Under the pieces are notes generated by a model. It made no database searches. It had not been told where the DNA came from and saw only the letters and a program-made list of their open reading frames with translations. From an uncultured Nitrososphaerota archaeon (lineage in GTDB: Archaea; Thermoproteota; Nitrososphaeria; Nitrososphaerales; Gagatemarchaeaceae): a stretch of DNA of 64,000 bases. The stretch spans positions 1,600,001 through 1,664,000 of the forward strand of contig OY969807.1 in the NCBI GenBank assembly GCA_963703285.1, in the 5' to 3' direction. A program made the translations under genes and the position numbers. Below are positions 48,850 to 58,569 of this stretch, one piece after another; positions within the stretch are counted from its first letter, which is position 1, and every line of letters begins with the position of its first letter.

Positions 48850-49751
48850 TGCTTCCCACCCATCAGCTCCGAATACGCCTGCTCCAGACCCAGGCCGGCG
48901 TCCTGGAGGGTCCGTATCCGCAGCTTCACGACCTCCTCGACTAACCTCTCCCTGCCCTCCTCGGTGCCGTCGAAGTCCAAGACGTAGGTCCTCTCGCTCT
49001 CCTTGGTGTATCTGGTCGCAAGCCCCCTCTGTTGCAGTGCCGCCACCGCCGACTGGTCCACGGGCCGCGTGAACTCAACCCTGATCGACTTCGAGCTGAA
49101 CCGCCTTGCCAGCTCCTCGACGCCGCCGCTCTCGACTATCCTTCCCTTGTCGATGAACGTGACCCGGTCGCACAACTGCGTCACCTCGTACAGCAGGTGC
49201 GATGAGAGGAAGACCAGCTTCTCCTTCTTCATGGTGAGTATCATCTTCCGGAATATCAGTGACTCCTTGGGGTCGAGGCCGGCCGTCGGCTCGTCCAGTA
49301 TGAGGACCTCGGGGTCCTGCGCGACCACGGCGCCCAGCAGGACCCGCCTCTTCTGGCCCTTCGAGAGCTTGTTGCACCTCGATTCGAGGGGAGGCAGGTC
49401 GAGCATCTCCTTCAGCTCGTCAAGGTGCGGGTCGGCCACCCTTCTTATCCTGGCCGCGAAAGTTATGAACTCCCTGACGTTCATCGAGCTGTAGGGCTCC
49501 GGGTCCTCCACGATGGAGCCCACGAACTTCAGCGCCTTGGTCGGTTCCTTCGTGACGTTGAACCCGTTGATGCTTGCCGTGCCGCTGTCCGGCCTGATCA
49601 GTGAGGTCAACACCTTCATGGAGGTCGTCTTGCCTGCGCCGTTCGGTCCAAGGTAGCCGAGGCAGCCCTTCCCCTCCATCCTGAGCGAGACGTTGTCGAG
49701 GATTGTGTGCTTCCCGAACTTTTTGGACACGTTGTCCAGTACGATGTCCAA
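48846..49751 (-). CDS. ABC transporter ATP-binding protein
   Basis: GPNGAGKTT, LSKGQ, ILDEP, SSH. Confidence 0.95.
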   Translation of the reverse strand: MDIVLDNVSKKFGKHTILDNVSLRMEGKGCLGYLGPNGAGKTTSMKVLTSLIRPDSGTASINGFNVTKEPTKALKFVGSIVEDPEPYSSMNVREFITFAARIRRVADPHLDELKEMLDLPPLESRCNKLSKGQKRRVLLGAVVAQDPEVLILDEPTAGLDPKESLIFRKMILTMKKEKLVFLSSHLLYEVTQLCDRVTFIDKGRIVESGGVEELARRFSSKSIRVEFTRPVDQSAVAALQQRGLATRYTKESERTYVLDFDGTEEGRERLVEEVVKLRIRTLQDAGLGLEQAYSELMGGKQ

Positions 49752-49786
49752 CGGCGGCGTTCGTCCAGCGCGCGTTATTTAGGAGT

Positions 49787-49814
49787 TATTCGGACAAAAC
49801 CGTAAATCGAAGAT
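49787..49814 (+). repeat. 28-bp repeated site, copy 1 (degenerate)
   Basis: TATTCGGACAA-AACCGT-AAATCGAAGAT. Confidence 0.65.
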
Positions 49815-49839
49815 GCTTGCCGGCTTGAAACGAAGAGCC

Positions 49840-50829
49840 ATGGAGCGACCGACGAAATTCGCTCTGGATCTAGCGATGGTGGTCTTTGGCCTAGGTCTCC
49901 TTCTCTTCCCGATGGCACCAACACAGGCGATGCAGAACCCTGGTCAGCCGAAGCCGGAGAGCGCGCCCGGCGGTTGCTGTGTTGATTCCGTAACTTTCCA
50001 CTTGACAGGGGCAAAATACGAAGTCGTCGGGGATTATGCTGGTGTGGCGGTTAGCGTGACGAATGGTTGGATCTCCAGCCTAGGGTTGGTCGTCTACGCC
50101 ACGCTCAAATCCGGTGCGAGCACCTACGTAGCGGCAGGCACCGTGACGATCGCCGCAAACGCGACCGCCTCAGTGTTCTGCGTAGACCTCCAGTTCGTTC
50201 CAGCGGGAGCTTACGCCGTCACCTTTGCGGCTGTTACGCTTTCTGATAATGCGGTGTCCGCCCCGACGGCTCCAATCTCGTTGGTCACCAGCGCTGAGTG
50301 GTCGGGTGAGGTCGGCATCTATGCGAATTCGAACAGCGGCAACCAGTTCCGCTTGTCCATAAGCTCGGACCAGGTGTACGTTGGCGACACGATCACGGTG
50401 AACGTCAGCGAGTTCAACACGAACAACGTTGCAAACAACGACACCAGGGCGGACCATTGGCAGATACCGGCAGCCCTGAACTCCTGCCCCAGCACGAACA
50501 TCCTGCCGTTCGGCATTGCAGTCTACAAGGGGTATTACACTGCGGGGAACGTGTCCCAGGGCATTCAGGTCCAGATTTTCCCCCAAGTGGTATGTCCAAC
50601 CGAAGCGACCGCAGTCACTGGGTACCTTATCCTGCCTAACAGCGACACGGCCTTCGTGCTGCCAGGCTTCTCATCGACAGCGATGGCCGCGAGCGTAGAC
50701 ATCGTCAATGGGACCTCCATCGGCATGGGGCAGTCGTTGCCGCTGAATCCGGGTTTCTATACGGTCGTTGCGGCAGACGAATGGGGCACCTTGGCGTTCC
50801 TCTACTTCCAGATCAACGGACTTCCGTAG
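49840..50829 (+). CDS. Secreted protein with the same two-Cys domain as 43177..44457
   Basis: Signal-like N-terminus; C-terminal FNT...PFGIAVYKG...CP...PGFYTVVAADEWGTLAFLYFQ; start 49813 or 49840. Confidence 0.8.
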   Translation: MERPTKFALDLAMVVFGLGLLLFPMAPTQAMQNPGQPKPESAPGGCCVDSVTFHLTGAKYEVVGDYAGVAVSVTNGWISSLGLVVYATLKSGASTYVAAGTVTIAANATASVFCVDLQFVPAGAYAVTFAAVTLSDNAVSAPTAPISLVTSAEWSGEVGIYANSNSGNQFRLSISSDQVYVGDTITVNVSEFNTNNVANNDTRADHWQIPAALNSCPSTNILPFGIAVYKGYYTAGNVSQGIQVQIFPQVVCPTEATAVTGYLILPNSDTAFVLPGFSSTAMAASVDIVNGTSIGMGQSLPLNPGFYTVVAADEWGTLAFLYFQINGLP

Positions 50830-50915
50830 GATAGGTTGGAGATTTATTCCGACCATAGCATTCAAACGCTAACAGAACTCACATGAACACCGGAGTTGGG
50901 GGATTCGGAAGTCTT

Positions 50916-51560
50916 TCATGTGGTGGTACTGGTGGTGCAGAAGAACACGTTCGCGGCGCCCTGCTCGACCTGCGCGCTCGAGAACTGGAGGATGCCGGTC
51001 GGGCTGGCTGGTATGACGACCTGGAGCACTCCGAGCTCGTCGTACGTCCAGTAACTGGTGCTCCCGCAGGGATAGAGCCTCTGGCTGCTGTACAGGATGA
51101 AGTTGAAGACGTCATACTGTCCTGTGGAGTTGGTTATCTTCGACTGGTAGGAACAGTTGCACGCGTTCGTCGCCTCGTAGGTGAAGCCGCCCTCGGCCGC
51201 GATGAACTTGGGGTTCGACTCTATGGTGGAGTCGACGATGTAGTTGGCGGGCGTGACCGGGACCGGGCACGCGTCGAGAGGGAAGAAAGCCTGCGTGCCG
51301 TTCGGGTATGTCACGGAGTATCCCTCCCACGTTGAGTTGGAGTAGCTGCTGAAGTCCGAGTCCGGCGGGACCTGCTTGAGGCAGCTGTCGTAAGCGGGTT
51401 GGGTGAGCGTGGAGGTGCGCGTGATAGTCTCGGTTGTGGTGGTTGTCGTGGTCTCAGGCGGCTTGGTGAAGACGAGCAGCACGCTCGCAGATATCAGCAC
51501 CCCGGCTATGATGATCGCCGCGACGACGGCCAGATAGCCTCGGGTCTGCTGGCTGCTCAT
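50916..51560 (-). CDS. Membrane-anchored Cys-rich secreted protein
   Basis: N-terminal TM AAIIIAGVLISAS, Thr linker, six Cys. Confidence 0.75.
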   Translation of the reverse strand: MSSQQTRGYLAVVAAIIIAGVLISASVLLVFTKPPETTTTTTTETITRTSTLTQPAYDSCLKQVPPDSDFSSYSNSTWEGYSVTYPNGTQAFFPLDACPVPVTPANYIVDSTIESNPKFIAAEGGFTYEATNACNCSYQSKITNSTGQYDVFNFILYSSQRLYPCGSTSYWTYDELGVLQVVIPASPTGILQFSSAQVEQGAANVFFCTTSTTT

Positions 51561-51583
51561 GAGAATCGTGGGAAAATCTGGCG

Positions 51584-51611
51584 TTTTGTGATTAATAGTT
51601 TTGTCCGAACG
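51584..51611 (-). repeat. 28-bp repeated site, copy 2
   Basis: CGTTCGGACAA-AACTAT-TAATCACAAAA; 7 nt after the upstream stop codon. Confidence 0.85.
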
Positions 51612-51618
51612 GACGTCC

Positions 51619-52032
51619 TTAGATTCCTCGGCCGAGCTTCTCGCTGACTACGGTTGATAGATAGTACGTGCCATCGACAATCTCAGGGCTGAGCAGGATT
51701 ACGAGGCTGCAGAGGCTGAGGAGTATGATGGCCAGACCGGGGATGATGAAAGAGGTGGTGTACCCCGTGGTCCCGATAAGGTACTGGTACGGACCGAGCA
51801 CCAGTGTTGAGAAGTAGTATCCGTGACTCTGAGACGAATAGCTCCCGCCCCAGTTGAAGAGAGCGAGCGCTATGGAGTTGAAGCCGGTGTAGTGGCCGTT
51901 GTTTGGACAGTTACCGTAAAGCCCGGAACAGATGACCCTAGTCGAGTATGGGATTATCGGCGCAAAGAACGCAAAGAGCGTCGCGAGGATGCTCGCGGCG
52001 GCGCCCCAACGAAGGCGACTCTTCCATCCCAT
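51619..52032 (-). CDS. Hypothetical membrane protein
   Basis: Two hydrophobic segments around a Cys-pair loop; fills the space between repeat copies 2 and 3. Confidence 0.7.
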   Translation of the reverse strand: MGWKSRLRWGAAASILATLFAFFAPIIPYSTRVICSGLYGNCPNNGHYTGFNSIALALFNWGGSYSSQSHGYYFSTLVLGPYQYLIGTTGYTTSFIIPGLAIILLSLCSLVILLSPEIVDGTYYLSTVVSEKLGRGI

Positions 52033-52048
52033 AATGCTGTTCGGGTGG

Positions 52049-52076
52049 GTTCGAGATTAATAGTTTTGTCCGAGCG
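52049..52076 (-). repeat. 28-bp repeated site, copy 3, preceded by a decayed AbrB 3' end (52088-52110)
   Basis: CGCTCGGACAA-AACTAT-TAATCTCGAAC. Confidence 0.85.
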
Positions 52077-52172
52077 TGAGAAACCTGCTACTCCTTCTCG
52101 GTGGCCGGCAATGTCGCTGCACGGTGGACTTCATAATTTACCATCGACTGAGTTCGATAAAATTCTGTTAAA

Positions 52173-52901
52173 TCATCCGGCACGTCTTTCGATAGTTACT
52201 CCAATCGCTTCAGTTCGCTCAGCAAGGGTCGGGTAGAATCTCGTCTGAATCCTGTACCTCATCGCCTTCCTAGTCTTCTCGCTTATCGCGCTCTCCCAAA
52301 GGGACAGGGCGCGTATCAGATCCTCGCCGTTCACGTACCTTGCAGCATCCGCGTCGCAGTTCAGCTCCGTCCGTCGTCTCCAATGAGCGTTGATCAGGCT
52401 GAGAAACGTGGAAGACAACACGAAGATGAGCACGGTAGCGACGCCTACGCCCACTTCCTCAAGGACAGCTGCAGACGCGCTGTAGGGCAGCACAGAAGAA
52501 ATCGTGATCATCAACGCGAGCGTGACAGCGAGGGATGGTAGAGGAATACGCAGGAACCTCCTAACACCGTCGTTCGACTTGATGTGAGAGAACTCGTGCG
52601 CCGCTATGGCCATTCTCTCGCCGTCGTCAAGCTTGTTCCAGTACCATCTCCCGAAGGCAACCCCGCCGGGGAAGCTGAATGCAGAATACGCGCGTCTCGC
52701 GAAGAAGTATCGCTGCTTTCTGTTCAGGCGATTGAGCACACCCATCCGCTCTGCGAGTTCATCCAATTGCGGCGAGTCGAACGGCTCGAGCTTGCGGCGG
52801 AACCTGAGAAATCGATATGCGAGGAAGCTCAAGCGAAGTCCAGCGTCAGTCGACGAAGGATATACGATTTCGTCTCCCTTTCGTGCTTGATTCTTAGCCA
52901 C
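52173..52901 (-). CDS. M48/HtpX-like zinc metallopeptidase
   Basis: AIAAHEFSHI, two TM helices, ELNCDADA, YPTLAER. Confidence 0.8.
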   Translation of the reverse strand: MAKNQARKGDEIVYPSSTDAGLRLSFLAYRFLRFRRKLEPFDSPQLDELAERMGVLNRLNRKQRYFFARRAYSAFSFPGGVAFGRWYWNKLDDGERMAIAAHEFSHIKSNDGVRRFLRIPLPSLAVTLALMITISSVLPYSASAAVLEEVGVGVATVLIFVLSSTFLSLINAHWRRRTELNCDADAARYVNGEDLIRALSLWESAISEKTRKAMRYRIQTRFYPTLAERTEAIGVTIERRAG

Positions 52902-53024
52902 TCGTCAATGCGTTGCAGACTTGAGTATCCCGTGCAGTCCGGCCCCCGCCAGGAGGAGGCCGACAAAAGCCAGCCCGTATTCTATCGGTCCGGGTCCGCC
53001 AATCGAGCTGATTCCGCGGTCGTT

Positions 53025-53855
53025 TCACGTCGCTATGCTTGGGCAAGACCGGCCGCTGTGATTAATAGCTATGTCATGTCCGAACCTGAGAAATCTGCTA
53101 GTCATTCTCGATGACCAGCTTCCCTCTCTTGAGCCTCTGCTGCAGTTCTTGGCCCAGGGTCTCGCAGACGACGATACTTGAGCGCATTCTTGCTTCGACC
53201 GTCGCTGGGGCTCGCGGGCACCCACTCGCAGGCCTACCAGCCAAGGCCGTGAGTCGGTACTTTCGGTTGCGTTCCAGCTAGACGCCGGCGGCGACGGGGT
53301 CGGTGGGGCGTGCGCTGTCGACGCCGTTTGGCCTTCGTCGCGCTTCCTGGCGCTGAACGCCTCGACCGCGAAGATGAGCAGGATGATGGCAGCAACTAGG
53401 ATGTAGTTGAGAGGCGGCGGGAACGCCTCCGAGATCCTACCCAGGAACGGCAGCGAGAAGACGACCAGCCCCTTCACGCACTCGGCGGCGACTGGAGGCC
53501 ACCCGGTCGGCTCGTCGGGTGCCGGGTTCGTTTGCCTGTTGTCGCCCTGCGTTATCAGACCCTCGCTCGTGATGCCGACGACCCTGTGCACTATGACCTC
53601 GCTCGTGCACCCTCCTCCGACGGCCGGCCGCGCGAACACAATCACGTCTCCCACGTGGATGCTGCTGTACTGGATCGGCACGACGACCACTAGGTCCCCG
53701 ACTTCGAGGGTGGGCCTCATGCTGAGGGTTGGGTAGACGTCGTAGACCTGGATGCCACCTATCCGGTCGTTGATGAGGAACGCCGCCCCGGCCACGACGA
53801 GCAGGACGACCACCGCGTAGGCGGCGGCGTGGCTTACCTTGCTCTTCGAGTTCAT
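53025..53855 (-). CDS. Signal peptidase I (Sec11/SipW type); 3' end probably reads through into a remnant
   Basis: SMRPTL, GDVIVF, IVHRV, TQGDN...PD; the last ~70 codons overlap an AbrB remnant and repeat copy 4. Confidence 0.8.
   Translation of the reverse strand: MNSKSKVSHAAAYAVVVLLVVAGAAFLINDRIGGIQVYDVYPTLSMRPTLEVGDLVVVVPIQYSSIHVGDVIVFARPAVGGGCTSEVIVHRVVGITSEGLITQGDNRQTNPAPDEPTGWPPVAAECVKGLVVFSLPFLGRISEAFPPPLNYILVAAIILLIFAVEAFSARKRDEGQTASTAHAPPTPSPPASSWNATESTDSRPWLVGLRVGAREPQRRSKQECAQVSSSARPWAKNCSRGSREGSWSSRMTSRFLRFGHDIAINHSGRSCPSIAT
53054..53086 (-). repeat. 28-bp repeated site, copy 4 (with a 5-nt tandem duplication)
   Basis: GGTTCGGACAT-(GACAT)-AGCTAT-TAATCACAGCG. Confidence 0.75.
53098..53157 (-). 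pseudogene. Remnant of the small AbrB-like gene
   Basis: Translates as GQELQQRLKRGKLVIEND*, versus GQELRQRLKKGKLVIEKD* in 60776..60937. Confidence 0.8.
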
Positions 53856-53975
53856 GTGCACCGGAAGCGTGCTAGTCAGCAGGGGTGGGAGATGAGGTTG
53901 TCGATGGGCTCGTGGGGGCCCTGGGACGTGTAGTCGCCAACGCTTATCTCCAGATAGAGGACGGGCCTCCCTTCC

Positions 53976-55252
53976 TTGAAAGCGGGCGGCGCGCTCCGTA
54001 ACCGGGACTTCGCGCGACTCTTCTTCGCGGGCGCTGCGTCTATCGGGGGATTCTCAATAGGTCAGGTCGCCGTAAATTATCTGGTCTTCACCAGAACTCG
54101 CTCTTCGATAGACCTCGCCGAAGTCGGAGTGGCCTTCACTATCGGCTTGGTCACTCTAAGTCTCTTCGCGGGGACACTTGCCGATAGGCAAGATTGGCGG
54201 GTACTCATGATAGTCTGCGATGTGGTCAGGGCCGCGGCACTTGGCCTCGGGACGCTCTGGCTCCTCTTGATCGGGTTCAACCTGTCGCTGGTCCTCGTGG
54301 TGAGCTTCATTCTCGGCTCGTTCACCGCGTTATTCCAGCCCGCGGAGCGCGCGATGATGCCAACAATCCTGCAGAAGCACCTGCTCGCGGAAGGTAATGG
54401 TCTGGTCCAGCTGACCAGCTCCCTTGCCCAGGCTATCTCGAACGCTCTCGGCGGGGCCCTCGTCGTCGCAGTCGGGGCCATCCTGGCCATTGGATTGAAC
54501 TCCGTAACCTTCCTCGTGTCCGGCCTGCTCATCGTGACGCTGACGATAAGGAGACCGCAGGCGGACCCCGGCGGCAGACCGTCGCATGAAGCGAGGCCCA
54601 GCTTCATCGAGGACACTCGGGAGGGCGCCAGGTACCTGAGGGGCAACAGGCCACTCTTCCTGCTGACGATTTCGGCGGGCTTCGTGAATTTCTTCTTCTA
54701 TATGATGCTCCCCTATTTCGTAATCTACACGACCGACGTTCTGCATGGTGACGCGACCATCTACGGGCTCTTCCTCGGCGCCTTCGCGCTTGGCGCGGCC
54801 CGGGATCGCTGATGGTTGGAAGGTTCGGCATGGTCAAGCGCGCGGGTCTCGTGTGGACGGTTTCCGGGGTGGTGGGTGGAGCCCTTCTTCTATCGCTCAT
54901 ACTCGTCCCCGTCCCGGCGGTTGCCTTTGGAGCTATCTTCGCATTCGGAGTAGTGCTCGGAATCTCCAATACTACCTGGCTCTCGATCGTTCAGATAATC
55001 GTCCCCAACGAGATGCAGGGGCGCTACTTCGGGATCGACCAGCTCGGGAGCGTCGCTCTCCTCCCGGTCGGTCAGGCGCTAGGAGGCCTCGCCATCGCCT
55101 CGTTCGGACTTCCATGGACCTATGAGTTCGCTGGCGGCGCCTTCCTTCTAAGCGGCCTTGTCTTCCTTGGATTCCCCGCGCTCAGGAACCTTGGATACTC
55201 GAGCGGCGCGGAGCACGAGAAGGGAATGGGGCCAGGTTCGGGTCAAAATTGA
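53976..55252 (+). CDS. MFS transporter, split by a 1-nt frameshift at ~54795
   Basis: ORFs 53976..54812 and 54812..55252 are consecutive MFS halves (GTLADRQDWR; VPNEMQGRYFG). Confidence 0.85.
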
Positions 55253-55303
55253 GGGAGCAGACGCATGGCCGAAGGCGGGCGTTCTTTGCTGTTAGGCCAA
55301 GGT

Positions 55304-55612
55304 CTATGGACCGTTGGGAGTGGGCCGGTGTTTCGCAAGAGCCGCTCTTTCTTCCTCACTAATGGAATCCGAGTGTTTGATTAGTTCGTGGACGTAATCT
55401 TCGGCTTCGATCAACATTTTTTTGATTCCGTCCAGTGTCTTCACTTTGGTCATGTGTTCTATGTCATCAGCCAGCCCGATCAAACTCCTTGCCTCAACAA
55501 GGAGATATTTCAACTCTGGGTTCTCACTAGTTGACTTGGATAAGGCTTCGACTACTTGTCTTCGAATCTCTTCAGTCCTATCTTTAGACACTTGTGGCAT
55601 TCGCGTTATCAA
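55304..55612 (-). CDS. Putative immunity protein for the RHS toxin
   Basis: Small helical low-GC ORF overlapping or abutting the toxin stop codon. Confidence 0.6.
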   Translation of the reverse strand: MITRMPQVSKDRTEEIRRQVVEALSKSTSENPELKYLLVEARSLIGLADDIEHMTKVKTLDGIKKMLIEAEDYVHELIKHSDSISEEERAALAKHRPTPNGP

Positions 55613-58569
55613 AGTGTCATTTGAATATAACTAATTCCGTAGTCTTCGAGTGCTTGCCTGAAAGCTTGTCCTGCAAATGTTCCTGACCATGGATTGTCAA
55701 GCAGGATGAACAGAACCCTCGATGTTTGACCGGACATCTGTGCGAGCGCGTACTTGGCCATCTGTGTATCTGCGAAGTCACTGACCGATTGAGAACCGAC
55801 TTTGACGTCAACGCTTATTTCCGTGTCTGGATTGAAGAAATCTGGATAGAGCTTCCCGGCAAAAGTCGGAATCATCTTGCCTTCGATGAACCCAAGGGAT
55901 TTCATCAGTGGCCTCATGAAAGTCTTCCCCCACTCTCCTGTTGCTTGGGAATTGTCGGCTTTGGGACCGAGATCTTCCAGCATTGATGCCATTTCAGTAT
56001 TAACGCTGTCCTGTAGTACGCCGCCTGTTTCGTCCGAAATGGTTGCTTGGACAGGTAGCTCCTCTTGTGCTGCTGCCGCGGCTACCCCTGATATTGCACC
56101 TCCGACAAATGATGATGTTAGCGCAGATTCTGCTACGACCTCGCTTGCATCTGTAATAGGATCCAAACCGAGCTGAAACACATTAGCTATGGTAAGCCCT
56201 ATGACTGCGCTGAGAAGAATTGCTTGGGTCGGGGTCCATGAGAGGGGATTCCACCATGTCAGTCCTGAAGGATCGATTATCGCGAGGGGATTGTCCCGGG
56301 CATAAGCGTAAGCGTTCATGCTTTGTGGGTCCGACTGGACTCCGCCGATTGGGTCTGCCGTTAGGAACTTCCCGGTGCTCGGATTGTAGAACCTTGCGTT
56401 ATCGTAATAGAGGCCGCTCGCCGCGTCGAAGAGCATTCCGGCGTACATGAACTCCTCGCTGCCCGTCGCCCCGTACTGGATGCCGTACGGCACGTAGTCG
56501 CTGCTGAAGACCGGGGAGCCCCCGCTGGTCACTAGCCTCGTGCTCTCGAGCTCGTCCTGGTGGAGGAAGAGCGTCGACGATGTCGTGATGCTGGCCACCT
56601 GCATCCCGCTCGCGTAGGCGTATTTGGTAGCCACGCCCGTCTGGAGGCTCTTCTGGTAGACCACGTTCAGCCCCGAGTAGAGGTAGAGAGTAGTCCCGGC
56701 GCTCGTGGTCTGTTCGACGCGCCTCCCGTCCCCGTCGTAGTAGTTCTGCTGGACCAGCACGCCGTTATCGAACGCCTTCGTCATCTCGCTCTGGGTGTTG
56801 TACTCGTACGTCCAGACGTTGGTTCCATCGTTCTGCATCACGAGGTCGCCGTCTCCGTCGTAGGAGTACGTCGTCGTCCCGCTCGCGGTGGTAGACCTTA
56901 CGAGCTCGTCCATGCTGTTGTAGGTGTACTCGACCGTCGCCGACGAGTTCTGCTCCTTGACCATGTTCCCCGCCGCGTCGTAGGAGTAGGTGGTAGTCCC
57001 CCAGGGGCCTGTCGAGCTGGTGAGCCTGTCCAGCGCGTCGTACCCGAACTTCTCGGAGCCAATCGACATCACGTTGCCGTCTGCGTCGTACGTATACGAG
57101 AGGCTCAGCTCCTGCGTGGACCCCTTCGTGGTCGTGATGCTCGTCGGCTGGTCCATGCTGTCGTAGGCGTAGCTCGTTACCTCCCCGTTGCCGTAGGTTA
57201 TCGCGCTCGATCGTGTCGTCTGGGTTGTAGGTTAACGAGGCGTAGGTCGTCCCGCCGCTGGAGACCTTCGTCACCCTGTCGAGGGCATCGTACGAATATG
57301 ATACCTTGGTGGTGTCTGGGTACGTGATCGACTGCACGTCTCCGTCCACGTTGTAGGCGTACGAGGCGGTGTACGAGGCGGTGTACGAGGCGGTGTACGA
57401 GGCGGTGTACGAGGTACCGCCGATGATGTCGGTCTCGGACGTCTCCTCGTTAAGGGCGTTGTAGGAGTACTTGATCTGGTCGACGCCGTTCGTGACGGTG
57501 AGCTCGTTCCCGTTCTTGTCGTAGGTGTAGCTCGTGCTCGTGCCGTCTGGGTAGTTCACCGTAGCCAGCCGGTAGAGAAAGTCGTAGGAGTACGTCGTGA
57601 CGCGGCCCTCTTCATCCGTCGTGCTGACCACGTTGCCCACGGAGTCGTAGCTGGTCTTCTCGGTCGTGCCGTCCGGGTTGACGGTCTCGACCAAGCGGTT
57701 GAGGTCGTCATAGGAGTAGCGTGTGACTTGGTTCGCATCAGGCCCCACAACCTTCACGAGGTTTCCGGCGCCGTCGTATGTGTATGTGGTCGCGTTGTAG
57801 CCGCTGCCCCAGTACTCCCTGACCGCGACCAGGTTCTGCATGAAGTCGTAGACGTCCTGCGTGACGTGGTCGTCGCCGTCGGTCGTCGTCTCGGTGTTCG
57901 TCGTGTCGTTGTATGCCATTGATTCGTGCGACCCGTTGGGGTTAGTCACCCCGGTCTGCCTCCCGAGGCTGTCGTAGGTGTACCTGTAGGTCGCCCCGTT
58001 CGGCGCCTGTTCCGTCAGGACCTCGTTGAGCCAGTTGTAGGTGTAGTACTCGGCGGAGTAGGGCGCGGAGGGGGAGGAGTACGTCTGCTCTTCCGTGAGC
58101 CTCCCCAGCCCGTCGTAGTAGTACTTCGTCATGTTGCCGCTCGGATTGGTCTCGGTGACTACGTTGCTCGCGTCGTTGTAGGAGTAAGATGTGGTCGCGA
58201 CCACCCCATCGACGGCTGGAGAGGTCTCGGACGTGAGGCGCCCCAGCGCGTCGTACGTGTAGGTAGTCGTGTTCCCCTCGCCGTTGGTCTGGGACGTCAT
58301 ATCCCCGGTCGCGAAGTTGTAGGTGTAGGAGACCGTGTCGTCTGGCGCCGCGTAGCAGTTTGAGGTCCCCGACGAGGTCTCCGAGGTCACGTATGCGCTC
58401 TCGTAGGTCGAGGAGTAGGTGTAGCAGGTCTCGTGGTGAAGCGGGTCCGTCATCGTCTGCACATTAGCGAGGACGTCGTAGGTATAGGAGGTGATGAGCC
58501 ACGTGTTCACGCCGGGGGAGGGACTGTAGAGCTGCGCTTGCCTGAGCACCTCGCTGTTGCTGTAGTATC
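55609..58569 (-). pseudogene. RHS/YD-repeat polymorphic toxin, 5'-truncated, frameshift at ~57205, with a C-terminal PD-(D/E)xK nuclease-like tip
   Basis: Many YxYD..G repeats; RHS core YYDNARFYNPSTGKFLTADP...YAYARDNPLAIIDPSG; tip YPDF...SVDVKVG; in-frame stop just upstream of YYSNSEV with no plausible N-terminus. Confidence 0.88.
57359..57414. repeat. 12-bp tandem repeat GTACGAGGCGGT x4.7 (encodes SYTA repeats in RHS)
   Basis: Perfect repeat units read directly from the sequence. Confidence 0.95.

Noticed and set aside
44515-52175. Partial look-alikes of the 28-bp site at ~44516 (ACTATTAATCTC, minus), ~46800 (TCGGTGCAAAAC), ~46856 (GCTGGATATAA) and ~52150 (GTTCGATAAAATTCTGTTAAATC)
   Set aside because: Only half-matches; cannot be separated from ordinary TATA boxes or chance without a PWM scan
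57359-57414. 12-bp repeat as a mini-CRISPR
   Set aside because: Contiguous tandem units without spacers, in-frame inside RHS
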